Below the pieces are notes generated by a model that saw only the letters and a list, made by a program, of their open reading frames with translations, was not told the origin of the DNA and did no database searches. Positions 41,099 through 53,584 of a stretch of DNA of 64,000 nucleotides are shown piece after piece. The stretch comes from Paraspadella gotoi (lineage: Eukaryota > Animalia > Chaetognatha): positions 10,686,703 through 10,750,702 of the forward strand of contig CM119263.1 of assembly GCA_051294375.1 (NCBI GenBank), given 5' to 3'. How positions within the stretch are numbered: the first letter of the stretch is position 1; each line of letters begins with the position of its first letter. The position numbers were made by a program, and so were the translations under genes.

Positions 41099-43789
41099 GT
41101 CTTGATACTTAAATATTAGCTGCGTGAGGGAAACGTTTTCGATATCGCCTCTCTTTTAATAACTATGCACTCCTTGTCGTTTTGTTTAATTGTGGGAAGT
41201 ATTATCCTAATTTATGATGTTTTATTGGCTAAACTAAAGCATCATCTCATTTTAGTGTTTCCCTGCACCAATCAAAGCCTTTTCTTTATATTGCTACCTT
41301 CATATTCTATTTAACATGCAATAATACATACAGATACCGATGCCCGGGCTGCTGCGGGATCTGCAGCTGCCGCTACCGCCTCCCTTCAAGTTGTTTTAGG
41401 AAGGAACTCAGCAATTTTTTTTGTTTTTTATTATTATTATTTTAATACAATTTTCTTATAACCTAACCGTTTCTCATGTATTCTTTACTTTAATTAGTCC
41501 CAAAAGTTGGAAATATACAGACATCGAGTTTTCATTAAAACGTTCGCACACTTAATCAGACGAATAAATAAATAATTTTCGTATAAAAATATTTAACTTT
41601 AATGCATCGAACATGAGAGATCCGAGATCGAATACGTCATTTCGTATCTTTTTAATGTTAAAGACCGGTCAAGCCGGTCAAAAAGAACAAAAGATACTAG
41701 CGAACCTGGCGGATATTTGCGAATTTTTCATAAAAGAGCATCTTTTACCTGTGAAATCTGACGATGAGTTTAGTTTTTTTTAATAACATAGGTCTTATTA
41801 ATGATATTTTCTATGTTTTATTAATAATTTCATAATTCTTAATAATTTATTAGTTTTTAGTAGCTGCAGGTTGTAATTTTTAATAGTTTTTTTCTGTTTT
41901 TATAGGAAAACAGTTTAGAAATTAATCGCTATTTTTTTGTTTTGCTTTACTGAAATTCAGTCTGAAATTATTTTTGAAGAAAAATTAATATAAAATCCAA
42001 TCTTATATAGTCAAATGATAAATAATAATAAATATAATATTAATATTTATGAAAAGATAAATTATATTTTTTTTAACCATGACAAAGTTTATACATAAAC
42101 ATAAATGCTTTAAACGGATATGATTTGATTTCAATTTTATCCCCTTCTTCTTAAACTATTATTATATTACAATTATAAAAGCCTTTTTCCTATGTACTAT
42201 AGTTTCATTTTTAATAATTCAGGATGTATGAGGTTTGAGCATCCATAGGCAACCTTTTTTTTCAATTATAAAAAATTATCTCGGATGTTTTTTTGAGTTT
42301 TTAGTAATTGTATTATTTCGTCTATTTTGTTGTCTGATTTACAGACGAAATAATAACTTTTTAATGGTTAACAATAAGGACATAATTTTTTTACATAAAA
42401 ATGCATATTTTCGGACTAATTCATAGTTTTCATTGTTGTTGTTAACAATTAAAATATTATCATATTGTTTTTGAGTTTTTAATCAAAATTTGTTTATTGA
42501 CTTTTTCAATATTGTTGATTGAAGAATTAATAAAGCCATCTATCAATGTTTACAGACAAGCTTTGATTAATTTTATAATTAATTGACACGTTTGGACTAT
42601 CTACATATACGAGTTTTGATTTAAAAAACTTATAAAACAAAAGCAATTCTTTAAAATCTTGGAAGTTAAGTTTCCTTCTCAAGTGTTCTCTGTTTACTTT
42701 GAATGAAACTACTTTTATTTATAATAGTTACAAAATATTTACTATTCAAATTAGTAACGTTTATTAGACAGTATTTAATTTTCTTACCGATCATTCAAAC
42801 TTAAATCATTGATTCTGATACTGAATGGATCCTTTTCACTTATCTATATGTATATACTGAGAATTTATCGAATGATTGACTTTTAACTTTCAGTTTTTAG
42901 CTTTTAATTTTTAGACTTTTTTAAATTTTTGTTTAGTTGAAGAGAAAAATATTTTTCAATTATTATGATTATCAGTTTAATGTAAAAGTCTGTTATTATG
43001 AGTACATGGAGTAAGATTAGACTAATCACTAAAATTGCCCTGCTTTCCAGCTTGTGCTCTAAAAATGTAAAATTTCCTGTTTTAAAAGAAAAAAAATAAT
43101 TTATTATAATTATAATACTATTATTTACATTATTATTAATATTGTTTAATTATATTTTTGATAATATTAATATTATTATTTTTTATATTTAATATTTTAC
43201 TTTTATTGGTTATTTTATCTTAGTTATCATGTTTTCTCGGAATTACCTATTTATTAAAGCACATATAACGGTAAATTAAACGATCGAATTATACAATTTA
43301 TAAAAGTTTATTTTATGTAATAAGGATTTAAGCAAGCAAAATAGTTAATTTTATATTTTATGCAAAAATCTGTTCGAATTCCTCATTTTGGTAGGAAAAA
43401 GCATTCGAGCTCTCGTTTAAATGCCATTTTATCTTATTTATATTAGTATAAATACTATAAACTATTTATATTTATAAAACATATATTCTAAAAACTTTAA
43501 TATTTAATTATTTATAATATTACAATAATAAAACGTTTAAAATTACGCGAATAAAGAGCGTCATCGTTATCTGACAACTTCGATCTTAAGCTAATTTGCA
43601 TAATTTAGGAGCCAGATAAAATCGACCGGGATCTCTCATGTTGAGAATTTCAAATCGAATAAAAGGTGTTTTAAATTAAAGTATATATGTGTGTGATCAC
43701 TGTGTAAACGTTTTTAAAAATCCGAATCCATCTTGATACACTACTTTAATAATTATTATTACTAATGAGGGGGTTACTTTTACTTTCGC

Positions 43790-43880
43790 CGGGGTTAGGG
43801 AGGGGTTAGGTTTAAGGGTGATTTAGGGATGGGTTAGGGGTAGTTAGGGTTAAGAGGGTTTAGGGTTAGGGTAATTAGGT
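43790..43880 (+). repeat. Degenerate TTAGGG-like G-rich tract
   Basis: GGGGTTAGGGAGGGGTTAGG...TTAGGGTTAGGG; more than 4 G-runs. Confidence 0.7.
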
Positions 43881-44061
43881 AATATTATTTTACATTTTTT
43901 TTTTAAATAAGTATTTTTAAATAGTTTAAGTAAGTAAAATTTAGCCCTTATTAGGTATATTTGTATGCTTTTGAACCATAAACTAGATATTAATAAAAAC
44001 CACTCATTATTTTTATTCCAAGCTTCTCTCGACATTTTAAATTTATATCTGAAAATAAATA

Positions 44062-46285
44062 ATGGAAAATACCGCAACTGACGGCGAAGCGATCGGTCGG
44101 CCCTTGGAATCTTTGGAGGTTTGTTTATAAGTTTAAAAATTTTGAAAGGTAAAATTGGAAAATAAATATTTTTATGGTGATTAAATCCGTTGAGAATGAT
44201 GTTTCAAATAAATCTCAGATTTGGAACTAGAGCTTGAGCCTTTAAAATTTATGTTGGCAACTTCTCAACCAAACGTTTTCCCTTCGATCTTAGGCTTATT
44301 TCGAGATTCGTAATCGAAATTCGGATCTCAACATCACCAACGTTATTTTCGTCAACGGAAAGTTCGCCCTCGACGTCACAATTTTGACGAGGGCGTTGGG
44401 GAGGATAGCCGCCGCTCATCCGATGATGCGAATGAAGATCATTCAAAGCAAATGGTAAGATGCTTTGATAGCAAACGAACATTTCAACTTTTAAACATGG
44501 CTTCCTCGGCTAGCAGTAAATTACGTGGTTTATCCAAACGCGGACCAATTTTTTTAAATTTAGCACCGAAGCAAAATCTTCGAGTGACAGGGAATATTTG
44601 GTCTTCAAGGAAATGGCAAACTTCTCTCCGGACGTCGAGGTTCTCGCCACGAAAGACTGGACGCAGTCGGTTGAAGACGAGACGGCGAGGCCTTTCGATT
44701 CCGCCGTGGGTCCGCTGTGGAGAGTGAAGATGCTCGAAAGTCTTGTCGACGATAATGGGATTTACAAGCACGTAAGCCTCATGATTGCAGTCTTTGACGT
44801 CTTTCTGTTCATATTTGTTTTCTTCTTCATATAATATCACTGGAAGACTAATGCAATTAATGTTTATTTGTCAGCCTCCTAATATATTTGCTCATCTACA
44901 TTTCCCGCTTCACGAATAATGAATATTCTTATGGTTCCATATTAAGATACTAGTCGCTGCTTTCTTTCCCTTCAGACTCTGACCTACTCCTTTCTTTCCC
45001 TTCAGACTCTGATCTACTCCTTTCTTTCCCTTCAGACTCTGATCTACTCCTTTCTTTCCCTTCAGACTCTGATCTACTCCTTTCTTTCCCTTCAGACTCT
45101 GATCTACTCCTTTCTTTCCCTTCAGACTCTGATCTACTTTCTTTCCCTTCAGACTCTGATCTACTCCTTTCACCACGCCATCTGCGACGGCGCGTCTCTC
45201 AAGATTTTCCGCGAGCAACTCTTGCACGAATTGACCGTATGCTCTCGCAGTGACGCCGACATCCCAACCGCTGTCACGAATTCTCGACTTCCGCCCTCTT
45301 ACGTCGACGTTTTGGGATCCATGCTGAAGCCTTCCGTCTGGACAAAAATTATTTTGAGTCTCGGCTTCAAGTTGTCGCAATTGTTCGGCCGGACGACGCC
45401 GAGGGGAACGTCGTCGCCCCGTTGCTCCTTCGTTCGCTTCGCCGCGACTTCTGCGACGCTCGATTCGACTCTCGCGGCCAAAACGAAGATGATTGCCCTC
45501 CCTCCGCAGAATCTGGACCCGCTGCTCCGCCGCTGCCGCGCGCACGACTGCAAGCTGCAGGGAACGCTGATGGCCTTGGTCGATCTTGCGCTGGTTCAAA
45601 CTCTGGACGAACTGAATTCCGTTGACAACGAACTGCCGGAAACGCTAGTATTTAGCAGGTAAATATTACTTGTAACGTTTAACCCTTTTTATACTTTGCT
45701 CTCGCTATCTCTCTGACCTCAACACGCAGATCGTACTCTCTCAACCTGCGCCTCATGAGCTCCTCTCCGCCTCCACCCGACGCTTTTGGTTTCTGCAGCG
45801 GTATATCTGTCGCGTCCCGAGAAGTCAGTTCGAGCATCCAAGAGCTCCAGCGCACCTTTTGGACGTCGGCCAAATCCATTAGCGACGAGGTTCACGAGTC
45901 CCGACGCCACAAGCCCGTGAGCGAGAGAATGCAGATGGGCGAATATCTCTACCGAGCTCAGCCGGAAGTGTGGCGCCGCAATGTCGGGCGTCCGGAACCG
46001 CAGAGTTTCAAAAGAGAGAGAATTCCGTTCGACTACGCGTTGCTCAACACAGGACCGCCGATAGAGAGCGAGACGGATCCAGACTTCGAGGTCGACGCTC
46101 TATATTCCGCGTTTCCAATGACCCTCGCCGTCGCCTGCCTTTGCAACATCGTCTTGTCTTCCCAAGACAAACTCTGTTGGTCGATCACTTACGGCAGCAA
46201 CATCGTTTCCGAGAAGCAGGCAAAGCTGTTCGCGACGAAGGTGGAGGAGCTTCTCGGGCTACTCGCGGACGGTCTAATGGGCTGA
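44062..46285 (+). CDS. Condensation-domain / alcohol acetyltransferase-like CoA-dependent acyltransferase
   Basis: Exons 44062-44118, 44294-44454, 44564-44771, 45153(or 44976)-45658, 45730-46285; motifs RPLESLEAYF, HPMMRMKI, PFD...GPLWRV, FHHAICDG (HHxxxDG), NLR. Confidence 0.82.
44960..45170 (+). repeat. 30-bp minisatellite spanning an intron/exon junction (7 acceptor copies)
   Basis: Unit TTTCTTTCCCTTCAG|ACTCTGATCTACTCC; AG ends at 44975, 45005, 45035, 45065, 45095, 45125, 45152. Confidence 0.95.
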
Positions 46286-47039
46286 AGGCTCTTTAAAGAT
46301 TCGAAACCCACGGCTAAAGCCCTCTTCAAAGCATGAATATTTACTTATTTTGTATTGTTGAAGTGGTAAGTAGTAACAAAAACTGTTTTGTTCTTTTAAA
46401 ACCTGAAAACATTCTTCGTTTGTTTTACTACGTAATTGTTCATTATCGTTAATCGCACTACTTTGTTCATTTTAAAATAAATTTTTATTTCAATAAAAAT
46501 TCTTTATTCACGTAATTTTTTACAAAAGTCGACAACAAACTTTTAGAAGCTAATTATTTTGCATTACCGTTCGGCCGGTTTAGCCCTCGCCGTGCACCCA
46601 AAATAAAGTAAGGACCCAACTCGACAAACCAGGCCGACCGCGTGGATGGGTGGCTTATTAGAATTAATAAATGTCTTCTCAGTTGCAATCGAGTCTTAAT
46701 ACTCTCCCCGTTTTTTTTCGAAACCCGCCTGACGTTGAAAGGGAGCCGGCGGACGCCCCGCGGAATGGTTCGTCGAGGACCGAGGGGGGAAACGGCGACG
46801 GCGAATAAAAGTCAAGAAGCTGAAAACTTTAAAAAAAGTATTGACTTTCTCGCAATTTTAAAAATGAAACGGAATTCGGGAGAGATAAGAAGAAAAAAGA
46901 AAGAAAATCCTCAAAAAGTCAAAATGATTTACGATCGTCGGCTCATCACAGACTTGAGAGTTGGTCTCTGTCGTCGTCTTTGTAGGCGTCGCTCTTTATT
47001 GGTTCTTACCAAGCAACCCCGATCGCGAGACCCGAAACT

Positions 47040-47245
47040 TTTTCGACCAATGGGAACGTGACTTGGAAAGTCGATTCTGCGCGATTGGCGCGCTCCGGCG
47101 AAGAGGAAAGCTCTCATTGGTCGACTCTCTATGAGAAAAAGTATTCGTTTCGAACCTCCGTTTTGATTGGTCTTCGAAATATCGGGTCGGTTTCGAGGAA
47201 ACGCGCCGAGGAGGGACCTCATGTGACGACGCGGAAAAGTAACTG
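47040..47245. promoter_or_regulatory. CpG-rich cluster of CCAAT boxes and E2F-like sites
   Basis: CCAAT at 47047; ATTGG at 47084, 47116, 47166; TTGGCGCG at ~47085 and CGCGGAAA at ~47230. Confidence 0.4.
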
Positions 47246-48621
47246 TCAATCAGAAAAAGTTGACTTCCCCACTCTTGTCTCTGGTTAGGAGATGATTTAG
47301 TCGGGTGTCGATAAAACATTTTTCAATGTTTCCCCGAGTTTTTTTTATTAATATTAATAAAACGAATATTAACTAAATCAGTCTTTGGTTGGTATTAATT
47401 ATTACTTAATTAGAATTCACAAAAAAAAACTTTACGTAGTCATTTAATTACTATTATTGACATTGTGAATTTTAAAAAGTTGTTTCTACCATTAAATCAA
47501 AAAGTTAGAGAACATTTCAAAACTCAACAGCCTCCAGAAATTTTATGAGTCTCTCTCTCTCTCTCCTCCTCTCTAACGTTCTCTTTTCGGTTTTACGACT
47601 TGATTTTCTCGCAAATTGGTTGAGATTTTATGTTCCTCCCGTTACAACCAAGTTACAATCGAATCGTTGACTACCAACGCCGCTAATTACAACCAAGACG
47701 CGATCCGTGGCCGCAGGGCGATTGGGCTGATTGGAGGAAGACTACGAGTCGAGAGGTTATTGATCCTTGGGTGGTTGGAAAGACTGGATGGTCAGAAACG
47801 CTAAATACAAAATTTCCTTGCAACGTTTGCGTGAGCGTTAATTAATTGATCAAGATCCTTTATTTTAATACGTAAATGAGTATTAATAAAAAATGGTACC
47901 ATAAAACTATGAAATTGTAGATAGAAAAAAAATTTGCTTCTGAAAAAGGGAGTTATTTATGAATACCATAGTCTTATTCTCTCTCTGTCTCTCTATAAGT
48001 TTGCGCGCGCATGCGCAAGCAAGATTTAATGCTCAACTCTTGCCTCACGAAATCAAATAAGAATTTTTAAAGAAAAAAAAATTTAAATCTGAATAAAAAT
48101 GAAACGATTTTCTTGCATTTTCAATCCGGTTTATTTTTGCATTTTCTTATTCCATTCCTTCGCATGTCAAAGATGAAAATGGCATCTCTTCATCTTTTTC
48201 GTCCGCCTATTGTTCTCTTTTTTCTATTTTTCTATAGTTCAGCGCATCTGAATAGAAAAAAAAGGTTCGAGTCACTCAAAGATTTAGTTTTTTATTTCAT
48301 TTGATAACTTTTTTTATTATAATTCTGTGTGCGACAGGAGCATAAGAAAGACTGCAGCCTTTGCCCATTAATTGTCGTCGAGCAAAATTGAGTTAAGATT
48401 GATGTCGGACTTTTTCTTGAATCGCGAAAATGTATATAATGTTTAAGTTAATCTAATCTAATTCCCACATTAATGACAAAATGGTTCATATAATTTAAGT
48501 CATTGTAATTTTTTTCCTGAGCGCATTCTCTCGATTGAAATTACTAGTTCGTTCAATATCAAAGATTTTAATTTTTTTTTACTAATGGTGTCGCCAGAAA
48601 CAAAAGCAAAAAAATAAACAG

Positions 48622-48876
48622 TATGGCAACAGCCGGGTTGCCTGTGATGCCCATTGGGAAGGGGCATCTCACTGTTGGCTTTGGGGGCTTCCGACCCTCA
48701 GTGACGCCTCCAGTCACAGGCGCGGTTACCCTAGGACGGTCTCACTTTGCCAACGCAGAGGGAAGTCGATAGGACTGTTGATGGAACACTACGCTTGGGA
48801 TGGTGTGTTCCCCCTCTGAGCCAATGGATTTGGCTTAAGGATGGTGGACGTGAGGCGGTGTGAATATACCGCCACA
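48622..48876 (-). mobile_element. Solo LTR of the TRIM-like family at 31285
   Basis: Full-length reverse-complement match to 31285-31538 with the same termini; flanks ACAG/CGAG give no clean TSD. Confidence 0.8.
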
Positions 48877-50069
48877 CGAGCCTCCTTTTTAATGAAAAAT
48901 AAGAAAATTTATGTTTCGCCGCAATATTAATGCTGATTTACGAAAATACGTGTATTCTATCGACAGTACAATTAAAGTAAAAAGTATGTGTAACTATAAA
49001 AATAAAATATCCTATCGTTTTTAAATCAAGTAATCGAAATGATTATATCTAAATCATTTAATTAAGAATGGACGTCTAACAACCTTATTGTTTCCTTTCA
49101 AATACCGATCGTCAATCACCATCTTATCAAATTGACGCGACTGACCGACCGAGCAGTGCATGAGTGCCCTTGGGCGATCCACCGACCGACCGCCAATCAA
49201 CCCCCCGAATCGAGACGAGACGGCCCAATCGATCGCCCCATAAAAAAAAGTGTGGCGGTCCCCTTTGTTCATTGGCGGCGACGGCAGCGGCGGCAGCGGC
49301 GGCAGCGTCGGCGTCTTCCGTCTTTGAGAGACAAAGTCAGATCTGGATGAGATGGGAAGAGGCGAAGAGTCGACGCAGAAGATCGTTGACTGTCGCGCCT
49401 TCTAACGGCCGTTTATTGCTCTTGTTTTCGCGAAGGGACGACGAATTATTTTTTGTGTCCGAAAACAAATTACCGATAAAATGTTTTTCATAAAAAAAAA
49501 CAAAAACAAAGTTGATGTATTGTGTTTGTCAAAAAAATGCAAGAAATTTAGTTTGTTCTTCGATGAGAAACTTTGAAGCCTCAGGAAACTGCAATTGGAC
49601 TCTTCGGTGGTCAATGACCTTGACCTACTTTTTCAAATTTTATGTATCGTTTGCGACCGTTGCTCCGTCTCACTACCAACGGAGAAACTTAAAATTGTAA
49701 TTATCTGAAATTTTACACTGAAGCATTGATTCGCTTTGAGGTCTTTTAAATTTCAGGTTGAGCATCGCCCCAGTCTCTCACAACGCCGATTTGTGACTCG
49801 CCGACGAGTCGCTCGACGACCGACCGACCGACCAACCCAAACACGATCGTCACGAGAGAACTCGACGAGAAACTTGACAAGGGACTTGACAAGGGATTGA
49901 CACGGCGTGTGACACTTTGGAGCATCCTTTTGTCGCAAGTCGTTTCCCAGCGAGACGGCGACGATGACGATGGCGACGACGATGACGACGACGAGAGTCA
50001 AGGAGTCAATAAAGTCGGCCTCTTCGTCTCTTTTATGGTTTCGGGTTTTTAAGGGAAGTATATGGTTCG

Positions 50070-50100
<31 letters not shown>

Positions 50101-50117
50101 CCTCTCTCTCTTCTCTC

Positions 50118-50185
<68 letters not shown>

Positions 50186-53100
50186 TCTAAACGAGTTAGG
50201 GTTTTTTAATTGGTCCCGCCGGCGAGGGGTCAGTTCGTCCCGCGGTCGTCCAGGGAAACACCCCCCCTTCTATGTCCTGGGAAGGCTTTGAAGTCGCCGA
50301 CGATCGACTGGACGGTAAGTTTAAGGTGAGTTAAACCTGGAAATCGGTCTCGACATTTCGCGGGTTCGAATCATAAGTTAAGAAAAGTGGGGCCGTCTGG
50401 TGGTCGGAGATGTTTAGCCTGGGTTGACGACCGATTTTTGAAAACGGGAAATGAACAAAGAGGGCCACGAGGATTTCCACGGTACGGACCCCGGACGGGC
50501 GGGATGTACGGGCGGGACGGACCCAAATTGATTAGTTCACTTCGTTGATTTTTTAGAAAAAAATATTTCTAAGTTTTTTCAATTCATCGGAATGACATTT
50601 CGCCGCGTGTCCGCCTTTTCCTCGATCCAGGAAAATCGAGAGTTTTTTTTTTTTTTTTAAGGTTTACTTTTTTATTTTTTTTTCATTCGTCATTCGGAGA
50701 CACGAGGTGGATATTTGTTTTTCTTTGAGCATCGACTACCGAGACGGACCGACTGTCTTCATGTCTTTGTTGCTGTCTGTCTTTATTTGTGCGTCTGTCC
50801 ATCGCGTCTCAACTGGTGCTGCCAAAGGAAATTAGCTACGGAAGCGTATCATAAAACTTACTAATTATGCCATTAGTTAGGGAAAGATAGGTAAAGTGGA
50901 TAATGAATCGATAAATTTAAGTACTGTTCTATACAGAATCTGGAGGATTTTTAAAGAGATTCCATTGCAAAGGTTAGACAGAAAGAGAAAATGTAATATT
51001 ATTACATGATATATATATATATTTAGAATATATTCTAAATTACAAATTATTAATCAATTTTTATCTCCTCTCCCGATTCTCCAGCGCAGATTTTCTTTTT
51101 CTTTTTTTTTTTTCCTCCTTTCTTTTCTGACTCTCTCGTAAAACTGACGAATTCATTCGAGGTTTCAATTTGATTTTAAAATTTTAATGAGAAGGTTCAA
51201 GCGCTGAATTAGTCACTAGAACCCGCCTCCGATGAGCCGAAGGGGTTTTTTAATAATTTTCCAGCCTCGAATTAAACTTTAAAACCTCGTCTTTAAACTT
51301 TAAAAATATTGAGGGGCGACCGGGTCGAGGGGTCGTTCATTTAGTTACTTTTTTTTTTCACTTTGCTAACTTCTGTCGTCGGAGTCTCTCTCTCTCTCAG
51401 TCTCTTTCTTTCTCTCTCTCTCTCTCTCTCCATTCGCTCTCCTCTCTTCTTCTCTTCTCTCTTCTCTCCTCTCTTCTCTCTCTCTTCTTCCTCTCTCTCT
51501 CTTCTCTTCTCTCTCTCATCTTTCTCATCTCTTCGGGGCTCCTTCCGTCTCTCCTCTCTCTCCTCTGCTCTCTCTTCTCTCTTCTGTTCTTTCTTCTCTT
51601 CTCTCTTCTCTTCTCTCTCTCTCTTCTTTCCTCATCTCTCTCTCTCTCTCTCTCTGTTCTCTCTCTCTCTCTTTCTTTTCCTTCTCTCTTCTTCTATTCT
51701 CTCTCCCTTCTCTCTTCTCTCTCTCTCTCTCTTTCTCTTCTTTTTTGCTCTCTCTCTCTTTCTCTCTCTCTCTCCCAGTCAGATATGCTTCATCAAGAGT
51801 CAGTGGATGAGCACGGTAGAAATATGAGTGATAGAAGGAATAGAGATAGAAGAATAGAGATAAAGATGGATGAAGATATGCAGAGAAAAGATAGTACATA
51901 TCAGAAGAATGAGAGATCAATAATTCTAATCCGATGACAACATAGCCATCACGTCATCAGAAAGGCGAATAATTTATTTTCATACATCCATCAGGTAATA
52001 AGAGTAGTCATCGCTACTCAGTCTCTTCAGTTATCTCCTCTCCTCTTTTTCTCTCTCTATCCTCCTCGTCTCCCTCTCTTCCCTCATCTCCTCTCTTCCT
52101 CTTTCCTCTATTCTTCTTCTCTCTCATCAACTCTCAGATCATCCTTCTCCATCCCTCGAACGTGTTCAAGATAAAGGACGCAGTTTCTTCATCTCCAGAC
52201 TTTGTTTGATTTAAAAAAAAAAGGAAGAAGGAAAAAGAAAGAGAAAGAAAGGAAAAAGAAGGCTCATCTTGAACTGGAACTTCGGACCCCTTGTTCCTTA
52301 TCATGTCCCGCCGCCGTCGAATTGGAAAAAAAAACGAGTTAAGAGAAAAAGCTAAAAAGCTAAAAACCTAAAAAAAAAATAAATGAAAAGAAAAGAAAAA
52401 GGAAGAAAAAAAATAGTAAAGTAAAAGAAAAAAATACGAACGAAAGCGAGAAAGTAGGAAAAATAATGGTAAGAAAGAAAATTGCAGCTGGCGAAGGGAC
52501 ATCGCATCTCTCTGGGTCAAAGGAAGAGAAGGGAAAGGTGTGTTGAAAGGGCATCACCTATGAATACGAGGCGGAGTGAGGTTTGTCAATCCCCAATAAA
52601 TAAACCTTCCTGTTTTGGCGGCGGAAATAACTGGTGATTCCAGAGTTCACTCGATCTTGCTCAGTCTCATACTCACTAGTTAACTGTATTAGTTGTATTG
52701 TATTGCTTGTATCAATTTAATAGACATAAAAAGAAAGATTTTTGATCCATAATGAGTTTCCTTACTTCATATATTTTGTAAATTTAACCTCCTTCTCTTC
52801 TTCTTCCTCTTCCAGTCACTTCCTCTCCAAACTTACCCGGTTCATCCTTTCTCTCCTTTCGTTCCTCTCTTCCTCCTCTCCTTTCCTCATTTCGATTCCT
52901 TCAATAGCAGCTTCGTGGATGGTCAATCAATTGCCGAGGACTTAGTACCTCCGGAACCTTACCTTCTCGTTACCAGTCCAGATGTCCAAAGACGGTGAAA
53001 GGGAAACCTGGAATGGATTCACGTCGCAAGGGTCAATGTTACAAAAACATTTAATAAAAACGGAAATATTTCGACACTGAATGTTTATTTGGATATTAAA

Positions 53101-53459
53101 TAATGCGGGAACTATCAAGTCAAAGTTATCGTTGAGGTTTTCAATTTTCATTTCTTTATTTTCAATAAGTTAAATTGTTAATAGAAATGAACGGATTCGC
53201 TGTGAATTTCCCGGTTTGACTCATCTGTCCATCCGTTTCTGTTTCGGCGGTTGATGTTTCTGTCCACACACAACTGACTCGTTCTCCCTCTCTCTCCATC
53301 TCTCTCCATTGTATTCCGTTTCCGGCTTAAGCTTTTCAGACAGCAAATAAAAAAGAGAAAGAAAAATAGAAAGAGGAACAAAAGAGCAGCGCTTTTCGGG
53401 GCCGCAACGCCATCTGAAGATCATCTTGAGAAAATCTTTCCATCGCTCTCACCGCAACA

Positions 53460-53584
<125 letters not shown>

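Noticed and set aside
43790-43880. True telomere or chromosome fusion site
   Set aside because: Short, degenerate, and shared with another internal repeat copy.
44960-45170. CRISPR-like 30-bp repeat array
   Set aside because: Units are head-to-tail with no spacers, the context is a eukaryotic splice junction, and there are no cas genes.
44910-45599. 229-aa minus-strand ORF with VDQSLKGKKG repeats
   Set aside because: Antisense shadow of the acyltransferase exon and its minisatellite.
50364-50373. tRNA B-box GGTTCGAATC
   Set aside because: No cloverleaf, acceptor stem or A-box.
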